This document shows, in pieces, positions 35,904 to 48,181 of a stretch of DNA of 50,278 bases. The position numbers and the translations under genes were made by a program. Location: positions 35,824 through 86,101 of the forward strand of contig NW_025215358.1 of NCBI RefSeq assembly GCF_004010195.1. The letters are read 5' to 3'. Each line of letters begins with the position of its first letter. The first letter of the stretch is position 1. This DNA is from Chiloscyllium plagiosum (Eukaryota). The notes below the pieces were generated by a model. That model saw only the letters and a list, made by a program, of their open reading frames with translations. It ran no database searches and was not told where the DNA came from.

Positions 35904-36810
35904 TCCCGTTTTATCAGCACTCCCTCTGGAAGAGACTCCTGTTGAATTCTCAATTTGATCTGTTAGTGTCCACACCCGATAATCCTAACTCACCTGTAAG
36001 TGGAGAAAATCTTGCCCCCAACTGTCTCATCAAACCTCAGGAGTAGTTCTCAGTTCCAGATAATCCGAAAACTGTCATGTCCCTATTACCTGCCCAAGGC
36101 CCCTCAGGATTGACAATTGACAAATGGAGCCACACCTTCCTTGGCCATCAGATCCCAAGGTTTGAAGCTGAACTTGGTACCTCTGGCTCAGAAGCAGCGA
36201 CAGCGTCAGCATCCACTGCACCACCTCACCAGAATGAATCCTGGGGCTTTGAGGGTTAAGTTGTAGAATAGAATCCCCATACCGTGGAAACGAGCCATTT
36301 GGCCCAGCAGATCCTCATCGACCCTCCAAAGAGTAACCCACCCAGACCCCTCCCCCTACATCCCATTTTATCAGCACTCCCTCTGGAAGAGACTCCTGTT
36401 GCATTCTCAATTTGATCTGTTAGTGTCCATACCCGATAATCCTAACTCACCTGGAAGTGGAGAAAATCTTGCCCCCAACTGTCTCATCAAACTTCAGGAC
36501 AGTTCTAAGTTCTAGATAATCAGAAAACTGTCATGTCCCTATGACCTGCCCGAGGCCCCTCAGGATTGACGATTGACAAATGGAGCCACGCCTTCCTTGG
36601 CTATCGGATCCCAAGGTTTGAAGCTGAACTTGGTACCTCTGGCTCAGAGGCAGCGACAGCGTCCACTGCACCACCTCACCAGAATGAATCCTGGGGCTTT
36701 GAGGGTTAAGTTGTAGAATAGAATCCCCATACCGTGGAAACGAGCCATTTGGCCCAGCAGATCCTCATCGACCCTCCAAAGAGTAACCCACCCAGACCCC
36801 TCCCCCTACA
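35904..36810. repeat. Tandem duplication of ~455 bp (35904-36360, 36361-36810)
   Basis: TTTATCAGCACTCCCTCTGGAAGAGACTCC ... CCCAGACCCCTCCCCCTACA present twice with scattered substitutions and a small indel. Confidence 0.96.
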
Positions 36811-37023
36811 TTTACCCCTGACCTAATGCACCTAACCTACACATCCCTGAACAATCTGGTACCGGGAATTCACCTAAACAGCACATCTTGGGATTATGGG
36901 TAGGAAACAGAACACCCGGATACTGGGAGAATGTGCAAACGCCACACAGATAGTCACCTGAGGCTGGAATTGAACCCTGGTCCCTGGCGCTGTGAGGCAG
37001 CAGTGCTAACCACCGTGCCACCC
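36715..37023 (-). mobile_element. HE1-like SINE
   Basis: Head to tail on minus strand; its 3' end is included in the tandem duplication. Confidence 0.88.
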
Positions 37024-37389
37024 TGAGGATGATAGGTTCCTCTGCCAGGTTTTCTCTTGAGTTTAAAGGTTGGGCAATACTTTAAAGGAATGTTTAAAAT
37101 AATGAAATGTTTTGATTGTGCAATGGTATTGAAATGATTTTCTCTGTTTGGAAAGACAGAGAGAATGTCAGGGGTCTCTTTAAGCAGGAGCAAGGCCTGA
37201 GACCAGGGAGCAAAGAGATATTGAAGATCTGGAGAAAGGAATGTTGGGGGTCAGTAACGAGATTGAGACTTGTATTAGGTATTCAGAAAAAACAATTGTT
37301 GCCTTAGTGTCAGATGTTTGGAGGTTTAAGCTCCACCCTTGTTATGGTGGGGACAATTCATGAGTACAGTCTCCACATAACACCGACAA

Positions 37390-38522
37390 AGCAGATTTAA
37401 TGCCTCAGGGAGGCTTGAGGCCTACCTTGAGGGTGGAAATTGATGGTGGAAGTGTGGAGAAATAGAGAGGCTCAGGGGTCAAATTCCAAGCCTGGGGTCT
37501 CAGCCATGAAAAGCTCAGTCTCCAAGGGTGGAGGGATTAAAACTGGGGATTTACCAGAGGCGAGGATTAGAGGAGTCATGTCTCAGAGGGTTGTGGGCAG
37601 AAGGAGGTCACGGAGATGGGGAGAAGCGAGGTCATCGAGGGAATTCAAATCGTGGGCGTGAATTTCTAAATCTAAACAGCCATGATCGGGGAGTCAGCGC
37701 ATGTCAGCGAGCTCAGGGACATGATGTGAGACAAAATCCATTAGGAGCGTGTTGGGTCATGTCAAGGTTATGGAGGGTAAAATGTTGGACACCAATCAGG
37801 AGTGTGTTGGCAAAGACATGGTTAGAAGTGACCAAGGCGTTAGTGCAGGTTTCAGCTGCAGATGGCCTGAGATTGGGGTGACATCAGCCAGAGGTGGAAC
37901 GAGGTTGACCCAGTGACTGCACAAAGATGTGGTTTTGGGGTCAAAGGTTACAGACTGACATTGTTCGTTGCCAGGAAGAGAGACAGAGTCAGTAGCTCAG
38001 GAATGGAGTCTGACACGGAGATTGCGAAACGATGGCTCGGCCATGTCCCAGTAGTCAATTGGAGGAACTTTCTAGAATTTGTCCAGAATTGGGTGAGTTA
38101 TGCAGTCACAGACCCCAGTGACAGGGAGGAATTGAGAGGAGTATCGCTGAAGCTGGCATCAGTGAAAACTGGCATGCATTGGTGAGGCCACATTCGGTGT
38201 GCTGCACACAATTCTGGTCACCCTGCTCCTCCCACACCTCCCAGATCTCTGTGCCTCCTTCATTCTGCCATCTCCGAGGAAATGTACAGGTTTAACAGCA
38301 GTGGCTTCAGCTACCCAGATCCCAAACTTGGGAATTCCCTCCCTAAAACTCGCCATCTCTCTTTCCTCCCTCGTCGAAGACTGCCTCCTTGGACAATCTT
38401 TCAGCGTCTGTCCTCTGTGTGGCTTCGGGTGGTTGGTGGGGGGGGGGGTGGATTTCGATAATGCCCTGTGAAGCATCTTGGGGATATTTTAGCGACATTG
38501 TAGGCACTACATAAATGCAGGG
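37390..38522. mobile_element. Ancient L2-like relics
   Basis: Degraded; 3' end CCTGTGAAGCATCTTGGG..TACATAAATGCA resembles L2-type tails, similar to 11440-11650. Confidence 0.45.
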
Positions 38523-38749
38523 CATTGTTGACTTGCATCTGCTGGATGCGTATTTCGGCGTCAGATGGGTGAAGATTAGGCCCGACTCGAATCACTTGCA
38601 AAGCCTTTCAGTGGGTGAAGATGCGCTGAAGAATAAGCCACGATTCTGGATAGAATTCCGGCCGACAGGAATGGAGGATATTTTATAAAATGGGACTTTG
38701 GAAGGGCTGAATCCAAACAAATTCAGTTGGTTGTCGAGAAGTTGAGGTA

Positions 38750-39560
38750 CAGGCGGTTCTGCTTCAACACTATAGTTCTGTTCTCATGCAGCCCGTGTTA
38801 TAAGAAAATGGTGTAATAGCAGCAGCATTTAAACTAATGGGGCCTTTATTGCATTATAACCAATATAGTATTGAGTATAGGAGTTGGGATCATGTTGCGG
38901 CTGTCCAGGACACTGATTAGGCCACTGTTGGAATATTGTGTGCGATTCTGGTCTCCTTCCTATCGGAAAGATGTTGTGAAACTTGAAAGGGTTCAGAAAA
39001 GATTTACAAGGATGTTGCCAGGTTTAAAGGGTTTGAGCTACAGGGAGAGGCTGAACAGGCTGGGGCTGTTTTCCCTGGAGCGTCGGAGGCTGAGGGGTGA
39101 CCTTATAGAGGTTTATAAAATCACAAGGGGCATAGATAGGATAGATAGACAAGGTCTTTTCCCTGGGGAGAGCATAGGTTTAGGGTGAGAGGGGAAAGAT
39201 ATAAAAGAGACCTAAGGGGCAACATTTTCACACAGAGGGGGGTACGTGTATGGAATGAGCTGCCAGAGGATGTGGTGGAGGCTGGTACAATTATAGCATT
39301 TGAAAGGCATTTGGATGGGTATATGAATAGGAAGGGTTTGGAGGGATATGTGCCAAGTGCTGGCAAATGGAACTAAATTCGGTTGGGATGTCTGATCGGC
39401 ATGGACAGGTTGGACCAAAGGATCTGTTTCCATGCTGTACATCTCTGTGACTGCATGACATGCTTGAAACGTTTGAGCTTGAGAAATAATGTCCCCAAAT
39501 CATCAATCATGTTACAGCAAAATTGTATTAATGAAATGTGCGTTATAGCAGAATGACCTG
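38750..39560. mobile_element. Tigger/pogo-like MITE interrupted by a CR1 insertion
   Basis: TA|CAGGCGGTTCTGCT ... GTTATAGCAGAATGACCTG termini. Confidence 0.7.
38866..39452 (+). mobile_element. CR1 3' end
   Basis: RPLLEYCVRFWSP..LERVQKRFTRM..ERRRLRGDLIEVYK; VWNELPEDVVEAGT. Confidence 0.95.
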
Positions 39561-40002
39561 TGATCTTCAGGCATGAGTAGAATCCTTTCAGATCCCATTG
39601 GCACTCTTATGTTGGCCAACAGGATCTCTCTGCCGCCTCCTACTGGATGGGCTGGGCAGTCTGGCTGACATTTCTGTGTCTGCAGCAGAGCCTGGCTGCA
39701 TCCCAACACTGCGTCCTGAGCTGCATTACTGACTGCGAGCAGTTTGTCTGCAGCACGCTGCCCCAGCAGTCTCACTCCGAATCCGAATCCCAACACCACA
39801 CAGCCAACCTCCTTCCTGTTCCCATTGTTCCGAATTACTGATCCAAGTGGAACAGTTAGACACAGAACTCTCCCTCATGCATAAAGACTGTCATTTCCAC
39901 TGTCCGGCATATTCAATGCCGCCAATCCATCATCAAATCATCAAGCTTCACTCTGCCTGAGAGCACAGCCTCCACAATACCACTCTGACAGGAGAGACCA
40001 AC

Positions 40003-40435
40003 GGAGGGAGAGACAGACAGACAGAAAGAGACAGAGACAGAGGGAAAGAGACAGAGAGAGACAGATGGAGAGAGAGCGACAGAGACAGAGAGAGAGGGAG
40101 AGATAGAGAGAGAGAGAGAGAGAGACAGAGACAGACAGATGGAGAGAGAGCAACAAACAGACAGAGACAGAGAGAGAGGGAGAGATAGAGAGAGAGAGAG
40201 AGAGAGACAGAGACAGAAGAGAGAGATTGACAGAGAGAGAGGGAGAGGTGAGGGGTGACAGAGACACACAGAGCAAGGTAGAGAGAGATGGACAGAGAGA
40301 GAGGGAGAGGTGAGGGGTGACAGAGACACAGAGCAAGGTAGAGAGAGGCAGAGAAGAGATGGAGACGGAGAAAATCAGACAGCGGGAGGACAGAGAGAAA
40401 AGACTGAAGGACAGAGAAAGACAGAGAGAGAGAGT
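40003..40435. repeat. (GA)/(GACA)-rich purine tract
   Basis: Visible low complexity with internal ~60-80-bp duplications. Confidence 0.95.
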
Positions 40436-41299
40436 AACAGGTACGATTGGTGATATAATGAAAGCATATCAGAAGAAAGAATTAATCCAGAATTTCCCAA
40501 TCACTGCAGTCTTTATTCTTTATTTCCTCATTTTTCTGCCTTTATATTCTTTGTTTAGATTTATTTTCCTGTGTTTTAAGATGGTGCCGGAGAGTGGTGA
40601 CACTGTACAACACTTTGCACTGTATTTTGTTACAAGATACAGGCGTCCATTAATCAATCAAATCGATTCAGACCTGGAAGCACCACTGGGGTAAATCACA
40701 CCCACGTAGAAGTGTTCGGAACATCTCGGCAAACACATTGCTGCCTTTGCAGTGTGAACAGGACCAGGAATGATCTGCACAGGGAAAACTAAGGTCACAG
40801 AGTTCCAATCCAGCAGCATCATTTTATAGCAACATTTCAAAGGCAAATACATAAATACTTCCACTGGAAGGAAATTGCTGGGGGGGGGGGGGGGGGGGGG
40901 GGAGAGCCAATGGGATAACTAAGATGGTCTTGAGGGGCTGAGTGGCCTTTGTATAGTTTCAGTGATTTGGAACCTGATTACTTTTGGATGGGGGCACTTG
41001 AGAAAATGAACACAAAGACGCAACAAAACACGACTTATGATTGTTTGTAAAACGAGGAACATGACTCAGTATAACCAGGCGGTCAGAGATACGAGCTCAC
41101 CCAGAGACTGGCTTCACTTCCAGAACAATCGGCCGCCATTTGAGATGTGATTGTTCGGATCCCTGAGAGACAACCGAACCAGGAACAGGATGGCTGAAGG
41201 TGGGGAAGACTGGGAGATGGTTAACACTGACCGAGAGTAGGCCACTTTGTGTGTTGTAACTTGGAGATGTGTATGTCTGGGATGGTAAGGGAGAGGGGA

Positions 41300-41570
41300 G
41301 GCAGTGGTGGTAATGGCCGTGTCACTGGCCTCAGGCTGAGGTCGCAGGTTCAAATCCCACCACCGCTGCTGATGGAATTTTAACCTACCGAATAAATAAA
41401 CCCCATAAATCATTGGGAAGACTCATCCAATTCCCTCAGATCCGTCGCGGATGGAAGTCTGCTGTTCTCCCCATGTGACTCCAGGGACTGATTCCAAACT
41501 GCCCCCTGAGTGAGTCAGTTGCTTCAGGGGCAGTGAATGTTGACCGAGCTGAGGGTGCCGATATTCCACA
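41300..41570 (+). mobile_element. Old tRNA-derived SINE, family not assigned
   Basis: A-box-like GCAGTGGTGGTAATGG and B box GGTTCAAATCC followed by a non-tRNA body. Confidence 0.55.
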
Positions 41571-42074
41571 AGGAAAAGACATCTGGATAAGGATGTGAAT
41601 AGGGAAGGTTTGGAGGGATATGGGCGAGGAGCAGGCAGGTGGGACCAGTTCAGTTTGGGAATATGGGCGGGTGGGAGTGACGGGTCTGCTTCCATTCTGT
41701 GTGACTCTGTCCCTCATCTGACTCCAGCCCCAGTTGGGAAAACAACTCGATTGTCAGACCCCCAGCCCGCCCACCACCCTCCTCCGGGCTGAGGATGGAT
41801 CAATGAATATCAACTTCAAAGGCAGAATGCTCTGCCCAACGAGATGCTTGAGGTGGAAATGCCACACGTTTTTGAGCAGGAGTTGGAGATAGATCCGAGG
41901 ATGAAAGGAGGCAAAGAGGATGGGACAGGAAGTGGGAGCAGGGGACTGAGTTGGACGACCAGCCATGATGACATTGAATGGCGGAGTGTTTTCGAAGAGT
42001 CTATTCCTGTTGCCTTTGTCGATATTTCGATACCTCACCCATATCTCACCTGACACAACAGAAAATAATCACAA

Positions 42075-42306
42075 TTCGGAGGAGCCGGTGTTGGACTGGG
42101 GTGTGCAACGTTAAAAATCACACAACACCAGGTTATAGTCCAACAGGTTTAATTGGAAGCACACTAGCTTTCAGAGCGTCGCTCCTTCATCAGGTGCTGG
42201 TGGAGTATAAGATCGTGAGACAGAATTTACAGCAAAAGTTTACAGTGTGATGTAACTGAAATGATGTTTTGAAAGAGACCTGGATCGTTTGTAAAGTCTC
42301 TCATCT
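42075..42306 (-). mobile_element. Terminal repeat of a second Penelope-like family
   Basis: Carries a hammerhead motif unrelated in flanks to the GGGC-helix family; family assignment is inference. Confidence 0.6.
42162..42196 (-). ncRNA. Minimal type I hammerhead ribozyme motif (second family)
   Basis: CAC-CTGATGA-A-GGAGC-GAC-GCTCT-GAAA-GCTA-GTG: helix I CAC/GTG, 5-bp helix II with one G-U, palindromic AGCU, CUA cleavage triplet. Confidence 0.72.
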
Positions 42307-42469
42307 TGTCCCATCTCATAGCCATCTTGATTCGAGATGGATCAGACTTTGAGAAGGAGAGCTGTAAGAACATAAGGAGGACGGGTTGCAGGAGGCCATC
42401 ATTACTGTGCTGCCTTGATCACGGCCTTAACTCCACTCTCTCGTCTAACCTTCCAGCCCCAATAACCCA

Positions 42470-43050
42470 TGAGTCACAGAGGCGCACAGCCCGGAAACAG
42501 ACCCTTCGGTCAACTGGTCCGTGCAGACCATAATCCCAAACTAAACTAGTCCCACCAGCCTGTGCTTGGCCCATATCCCTCCAAACATTTCCTGTTCGTG
42601 CACCTATCCAAATGTCCTTTACCCGTACCCACATCCACCACTCCCTCTGGAAGTTCATTCCAAACACTAACCACTCCATGAAAAACAAAAGTGCCCCTCA
42701 TGACTTTTCAAAATCTTTCTCTCTCACCTTAAAAATACTGCCCGTACTCTTGGAACCCCCCACCCTCGGGAAAAGACAGCTGCCATTCACCTTATCCAAA
42801 CCCCTCATGGTTTTATGAGGGGTATACCCCTCGTGGTCACCCCTCAATCTCTAACATTCCAGTGAAGAAATTCCAGCCTTAGCCAGCCTCTCCTTATAGC
42901 TCAAACCCTCCATTCCCAGCAGCATCCTGGTAAATCTCTTCCGAACCCTCTCCAACTGGACAATATCCTTACTCCAACAGGGGGAAACAGAACGAGACGC
43001 AGTGCTCCAGAAGAGACATCACCAACCACCTCAACATGGCGTCCCAATCC
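42470..43050 (-). mobile_element. Degraded CR1 3' region
   Basis: Reverse complement of the CR1 tail seen at 39300-39450. Confidence 0.8.
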
Positions 43051-43411
43051 CTGTCATCAATATTGACTCCTCCATCAATTAAATACCCAACTCAGCCTCG
43101 AATATACTCAATGGTGCAGCTCTGTCAGCTCAAGAATTCCCAACAACTCCCTCAGAGATGTCAGTCTTCCTCCGTATTTGTAGGGGGTCTCTGATCTTTA
43201 CGTAACCCCCGTCCCCGAGCCCTATAGGCCAGCAGGAGGTGGAATATGCACTTTGTAAGGAGCTTGTCAATACCCCTCACCGCTCACAATCCAACAGTTC
43301 GTGCTAGAACACAAATCACCGTTTGGGAACACAGATTTCAAGCATTGCTGCAAAGAGACATAGTTGGTCAAAGCATTTCATTTTGAACTCATTATGCCAG
43401 TGGATTGGCAG

Positions 43412-45280
43412 TGGGGCACATCCTCAACACTGACCCTCCGACACTGCGGCACTCCCTCAGCACTGACCCTCCGACAATGCGGCAATCCCTCAGCACTGAC
43501 CCTTCGACACAGCGGCACTCCCTCAGCACTGACCCTCCAACACTGCGGCACTCCCTCAGCACTGACCCTCCGACACTGTGGCACTCTCTCAGCACTGACC
43601 CTCCGACACTGCTGCAATCCCTCAGCACTGACCCTCTGACAGTGTGGCACTCCCTCAGCACTGACCCTCTGACGGTGCTGCACTCCCTCAGCACTGACCC
43701 TCCGACAGTGTTGCACTCCCTTAGCACTGCCCTCGAACAGTGTGGCACTCCCTCAGCACTGACCCTCTGACAGTGTGGCACTCCCTCAGCACTGAACCTC
43801 CGACAGTGCGTTACTCCCTCAGCACTGACCATTTGACAGTGCGGCACTCCCTCAGCGCTGACCCTCCGACAGTGTGGCACTCTCTCAGCACTGACCTTTG
43901 ACAGTGCGGCACTCCTTCAGCACTGACCCTCCGACAGTGCTGCACACCCTCAGCACTGACCCACCGACAGTGTGGCACTCCCTCAGCACTGACCCTCTGA
44001 CAATGTGGCACTCCCTCAGCACTGACCCTCCAACAGTGCGGCACTCCCTCAGCACTGACCCTCCGACAGTGTGGCACTCCATCAGCACTGACCCTCTGAC
44101 ACTGCGGCACTCCCTCAGCACTGACCCTCCGACAGTGTGGCACTCCCTCAGCACTGAGCCTTCGACAGTGCGGCACTCCCTCAGTACTGACCCACCGACA
44201 GTGCAGCACTCCCTCAGTATTGACCCTCCGACACTGCGGCACTCCCTCAGTCCTGCCCCTCTGACAGTGCAGCACTCCCTCAGCACTGACCCTCCGACAG
44301 TGTGGCACTCCCTCAGTACTGACTCTCTGACAGTGCAGCAGTCCCTCAGCACTGACCCTCTGACAGTGTGGCTCTCCCTCAGGACTGACCCTCTGACAGT
44401 GTTGCACTCCCTCAGTACTGACCCTCTGACAGTGCGGCACTCCCTCAGCACTGACCCTCTGACAGTGTGGCACTCCCTCAGCACTGACCCCCCTGACAAT
44501 GTGGCAGTTCCTCAGCACTGACCCTCCGACAGTGCCCACTCCCTCAGCACTGACCCTCTGACAGTGCAGCACTCCCTCAGCACTGACCATCCGATAGTGC
44601 TGCACTCCCTCAGCACTGACCCTCTGAGAGTGTGGCATTCCCTCAGCACTGACCTTCTTACAGTGTGGCACTCCCTCAGCACTGAGCCTCTGACAGTGTG
44701 GCACTCCCTCAGTACTGACACTCTGACAGTGCGGCACTCCCTCAGTACTGACCCTCTGACAATGCGGCACTCCCTCAGCACTGAGCCTCTGACAGTGTGG
44801 CACTCCCTTTGCACTGACCCTCTGACAGTGTGGCACTCCCTCAGTACTGACCCTCTGACAGTGTGGCACTCACTCAGTACTGACCCTCTGACAGTGTGGC
44901 ACTCACTCAGTACTGACCATCCGACAGTGGGGCACTCCCTCAGCACTGACCCTCTGACAGTGCGGGGCTCCCTCAGGACTGACTATCGACAGTGTGGCAC
45001 TCACTCAGTACTGACCGTCCGACAGTGGGGCACTCCCTCAGCACTGACCCTCTGACAGTGCGGTACTCCCTCAGCACTGACCCTCTGACAGTGCGGGGCT
45101 CCCTCAGCTCTGATCCTCCGACAGTGTGGCACTCCCTCAGAACTGACTCTCCGACAGTGCGGCACTCCCTCAGCTCTGATCCTCCGACAGTGTGGCACCC
45201 CCTCAGCACTGACCCTCTGACAGTGTGGCAGTCCCTCAATACTGACCATCCGACAATCCGGTACTCCCTCAGCACTGGCC
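43412..45280. repeat. 33-bp minisatellite CACTCCCTCAGCACTGACCCTC(C/T)GACAGTG(T/C)GG, about 56 diverged copies
   Basis: CACTCCC at 43681 and 43714 (33-bp period); yields 11-aa repeat ORFs in several frames. Confidence 0.97.
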
Positions 45281-45559
45281 CTCCCTTATTATAGCACTGG
45301 TCTGATGGCCTGCATTAAGGACTCAGATCTCTGAGTTAGTCTTTATACTTTTAAGATGATTACTCACAGTACTCGCAGACATAAATATTTCATTCTAAAT
45401 TAATAACTGTCATGTTTTGCAAACGTAACCATGAAGTAAAGTTTCTGCTTATTGGTTCAGTTGAACCATTACGTGGAGCAATACCACCTCCATGTGGCCA
45501 TTCCGTGTAATGACCCAAACAAGTATAATCATTTTGAACACATGACAGTGAAGCAAAAA

Positions 45560-45925
45560 GAGTCGAGAGTGTGGTGCTGGAAAAGCGCAGCAGGTCAGGC
45601 AGCATCCGAGGAGCAGGAGAATCGATGTTTTGGGCATAAGCTCTTCATCGGAACGTCGGGGTCTGGGAAGGGGGCTGAGAGATGAATAGGGGGTTGGGTG
45701 CGGGTGGGGGGTTTGGGGGCAAGGTGCTCTTCCACATCTGACATAGATTTTCCCCTCCCCCCCCCACCTTATCCCAGATCCAATTTCCCCCCCCTCCCAA
45801 ACACTGCCACATTCCTGATGAAGGACTTATGCCCGAAACATCGATGCTGCCTGGCCTGCTGTGCGTTTCCAGCGCCACCCTCTCGACTCGGATCTCCAGC
45901 ATCTGCAGTCCCCTCACTTTCCCTC
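45560..45925. mobile_element. Inverted pair of Penelope terminal-repeat fragments (MITE-like palindrome)
   Basis: 45560-45655 is the reverse complement of about 45810-45890; both arms carry decayed hammerhead motifs. Confidence 0.8.
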
Positions 45926-45994
45926 AGTCGCTGGATCACAATATCCTTTTATTTTCCAAAGAGTCATCAAAATATCGTAAATACAAATGGGAAA

Positions 45995-46160
45995 AACTGC
46001 GGATTCTGGAAATCAGAAACACAAACAGGAATTTGTGGAAAAGCTCTGCATCGATGGAGAGAAGTCAGAGTTAACATTCCCCGAGAAGTTAGCTCTGACT
46101 TCTCTCTGCAGTTGCTGCCCGACCTGGTGAGCTTTTCCAGCAACTGCTGTGTTGGCATCA
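45995..46160. mobile_element. Short palindromic element; related pieces at 31655-31768 and 47945-48020
   Basis: GAGAGAAGTCAGAGTTAAC-loop-GTTAGCTCTGACTTCTCTC. Confidence 0.65.
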
Positions 46161-46564
46161 AAATATAGCGACAGATTCCGTTTGAGGGTCTTCCTGAACT
46201 TTCTTCCCTGAGAATTGTCCCAGGCTGTGAGTGAGGTGGCTGGCACCATGCCCGAGCTGTGAGGGGAGGGGTGTGGAATGTGAAAATCCTCAAGGCTCAG
46301 AAAGGGTTGGAGAGATGTCCACGCTCAGTCGCAGCACATCGGAACATCGGTGCCTCAGCACTGAGGAGCTCTATCAGTGAGTTTGGTCCTGCTGTCAACA
46401 CTTGGAAGATTGTAGAAAGGTTTAACCATGTGAAGATATTATCCGAAGCACAACTCCGAACAGCTTGGCTCCAATCACAATTTTATATAGAGTCATAGGA
46501 TCACACAGCGCAGAAACAGACCCCAGTCCATGCCAACCATAATCCCAAATTAAAATAGTCCCAT

Positions 46565-47500
46565 CTCCGCCGTATCTGCTCCCAGGAGGACCAGTTCCAC
46601 CGCAGAACACACCAGATGGCCCCCTCCTTTAGAGACCGCAATTTCCGTTCCCAAGTGCCCTCCAACGCATCTCGTCCACATCCCGCACCTCCGCCCTCAG
46701 AACCCACCCCTCCAAACGTAACAAGGACAGAATGCCCCTGGTGCTCACCTTCCACCCTGCCAACCTTCGCATAAACCAAATCATCCTCCGACATTTCCGC
46801 CACCTCCAAACAGACCCCACCACCAGGGATATATTTCCCTCCCCACCCCTNNNNNNNNNNNNNNNNNNNNNNNNNNNNNNNNNNNNNNNNNNNNNNNNNN
46901 NNNNNNNNNNNNNNNNNNNNNNNNNNNNNNNNNNNNNNNNNNNNNNNNNNNNNNNNNNNNNNNNNNNNNNNNNNNNNNNNNNNNNNNNNNNNNNNNNNNN
47001 NNNNNNNNNNNNNNNNNNNNNNNNNNNNNNNNNNNNNNNNNNNNNNNNNNNNNNNNNNNNNNNNNNNNNNNNNNNNNNNNNNNNNNNNNNNNNNNNNNNN
47101 NNNNNNNNNNNNNNNNNNNNNNNNNNNNNNNNNNNNNNNNNNNNNTATTTCCCCTTCCCCCACCTCACCCTAGTTCCAAACTTCCAGCTCAGCACTGTCC
47201 CCATGAGTTGTCCTACCTGCCTATCGTCCTTTCCACCTATCCACTCCACCCTCCTCTCTGATCTATCACCTCCATCCCCACCCCCTCCAACTATTGTACT
47301 CTGTTACTTTCTCCCCACCCTCCACCCCCCTCTCATTTATCTCTCCACTCTGGAGGCTTCCTGCCTCTATTCCTGATGAAGGTCTCTAGCCTGAAACGTC
47401 GATTTTCCTGCTCCTCGGATGCTGCCTGACCTGCTGTGCTTTTCCAGCCCCACTCTGATCCAGACTCGGGTTTCCAGCATCTGCAGTCCTCGTTTTTACC
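46565..47500 (+). mobile_element. Penelope-like element 3' half spanning N gap 46851-47145, inserted into a minus-strand CR1 tail (46490-46565, 47500-47835)
   Basis: PLVLTFHPANLRINQIILRHFRHLQTDPTTRDIFPSPP; terminal repeat with CTGATGA..GAAACGTC at 47373-47400. Confidence 0.9.
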
Positions 47501-48181
47501 TCGTCCCACCTACCTGTGCTTGGTCCACATTCCTCTAAACCTTTCCTGTTCATCGACTTATCCAAATATCTTTTAAACATTGTAACTGTACCGACATCCA
47601 TCACTTCCTCTGGACGTTCATTCCACACACGAACCACCCTCTGTGTAAAATCTCTTGCCTTAAAAATATGCCCCTGAGTTTTGAAAAAGACATCTACCAT
47701 TCACCTCGTGATTTTGTAAACCTCTATAAGGTCACCCCTCAAAGCCCTCTGCTCCAGGGAAAACAGCCCCAGCCGATCCAAACCGTCCTTATAACCCAAA
47801 CCCTCCATTCCTGACAACACCCTGATAGATATTTCCTTGTCCTGAATCCCCTCCAATCTGGGATTGAACTGAGACCTGCTCCCTTTCGGTAAACATCTGA
47901 CAATGAACAGCCAGACCCTTCTTCACTGGGACACAGGGGGAGGCAAAATACGGCAGACGCAGGAAAGCTGAAGCAAAAACGACGAATGCTGGAGAAACTC
48001 ATCAGTGTCTGTGAAGGCGGAAATGGAAATGGAATTAGACTTAGGTTTGATTGTCACATGTGCTCAAGTACGTGGTTACAGGCAGTGCAGTGAACAGTTC
48101 ACCAACTCACCATTCCCCAGCAACATGACAGCTATAAAGGTATCGGGTATAAACGAGAAAAATGAGGAAATAGAAGTAAAA

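Noticed and set aside
40880..40902. G23 homopolymer as a G-quadruplex element
   Set aside because: Isolated homopolymer of unreliable length with no functional context.
43364..45294. Long ORFs (up to 352 aa) with 11-aa repeats
   Set aside because: By-product of a 33-bp unit; open in several frames on both strands and broken by frameshifts.
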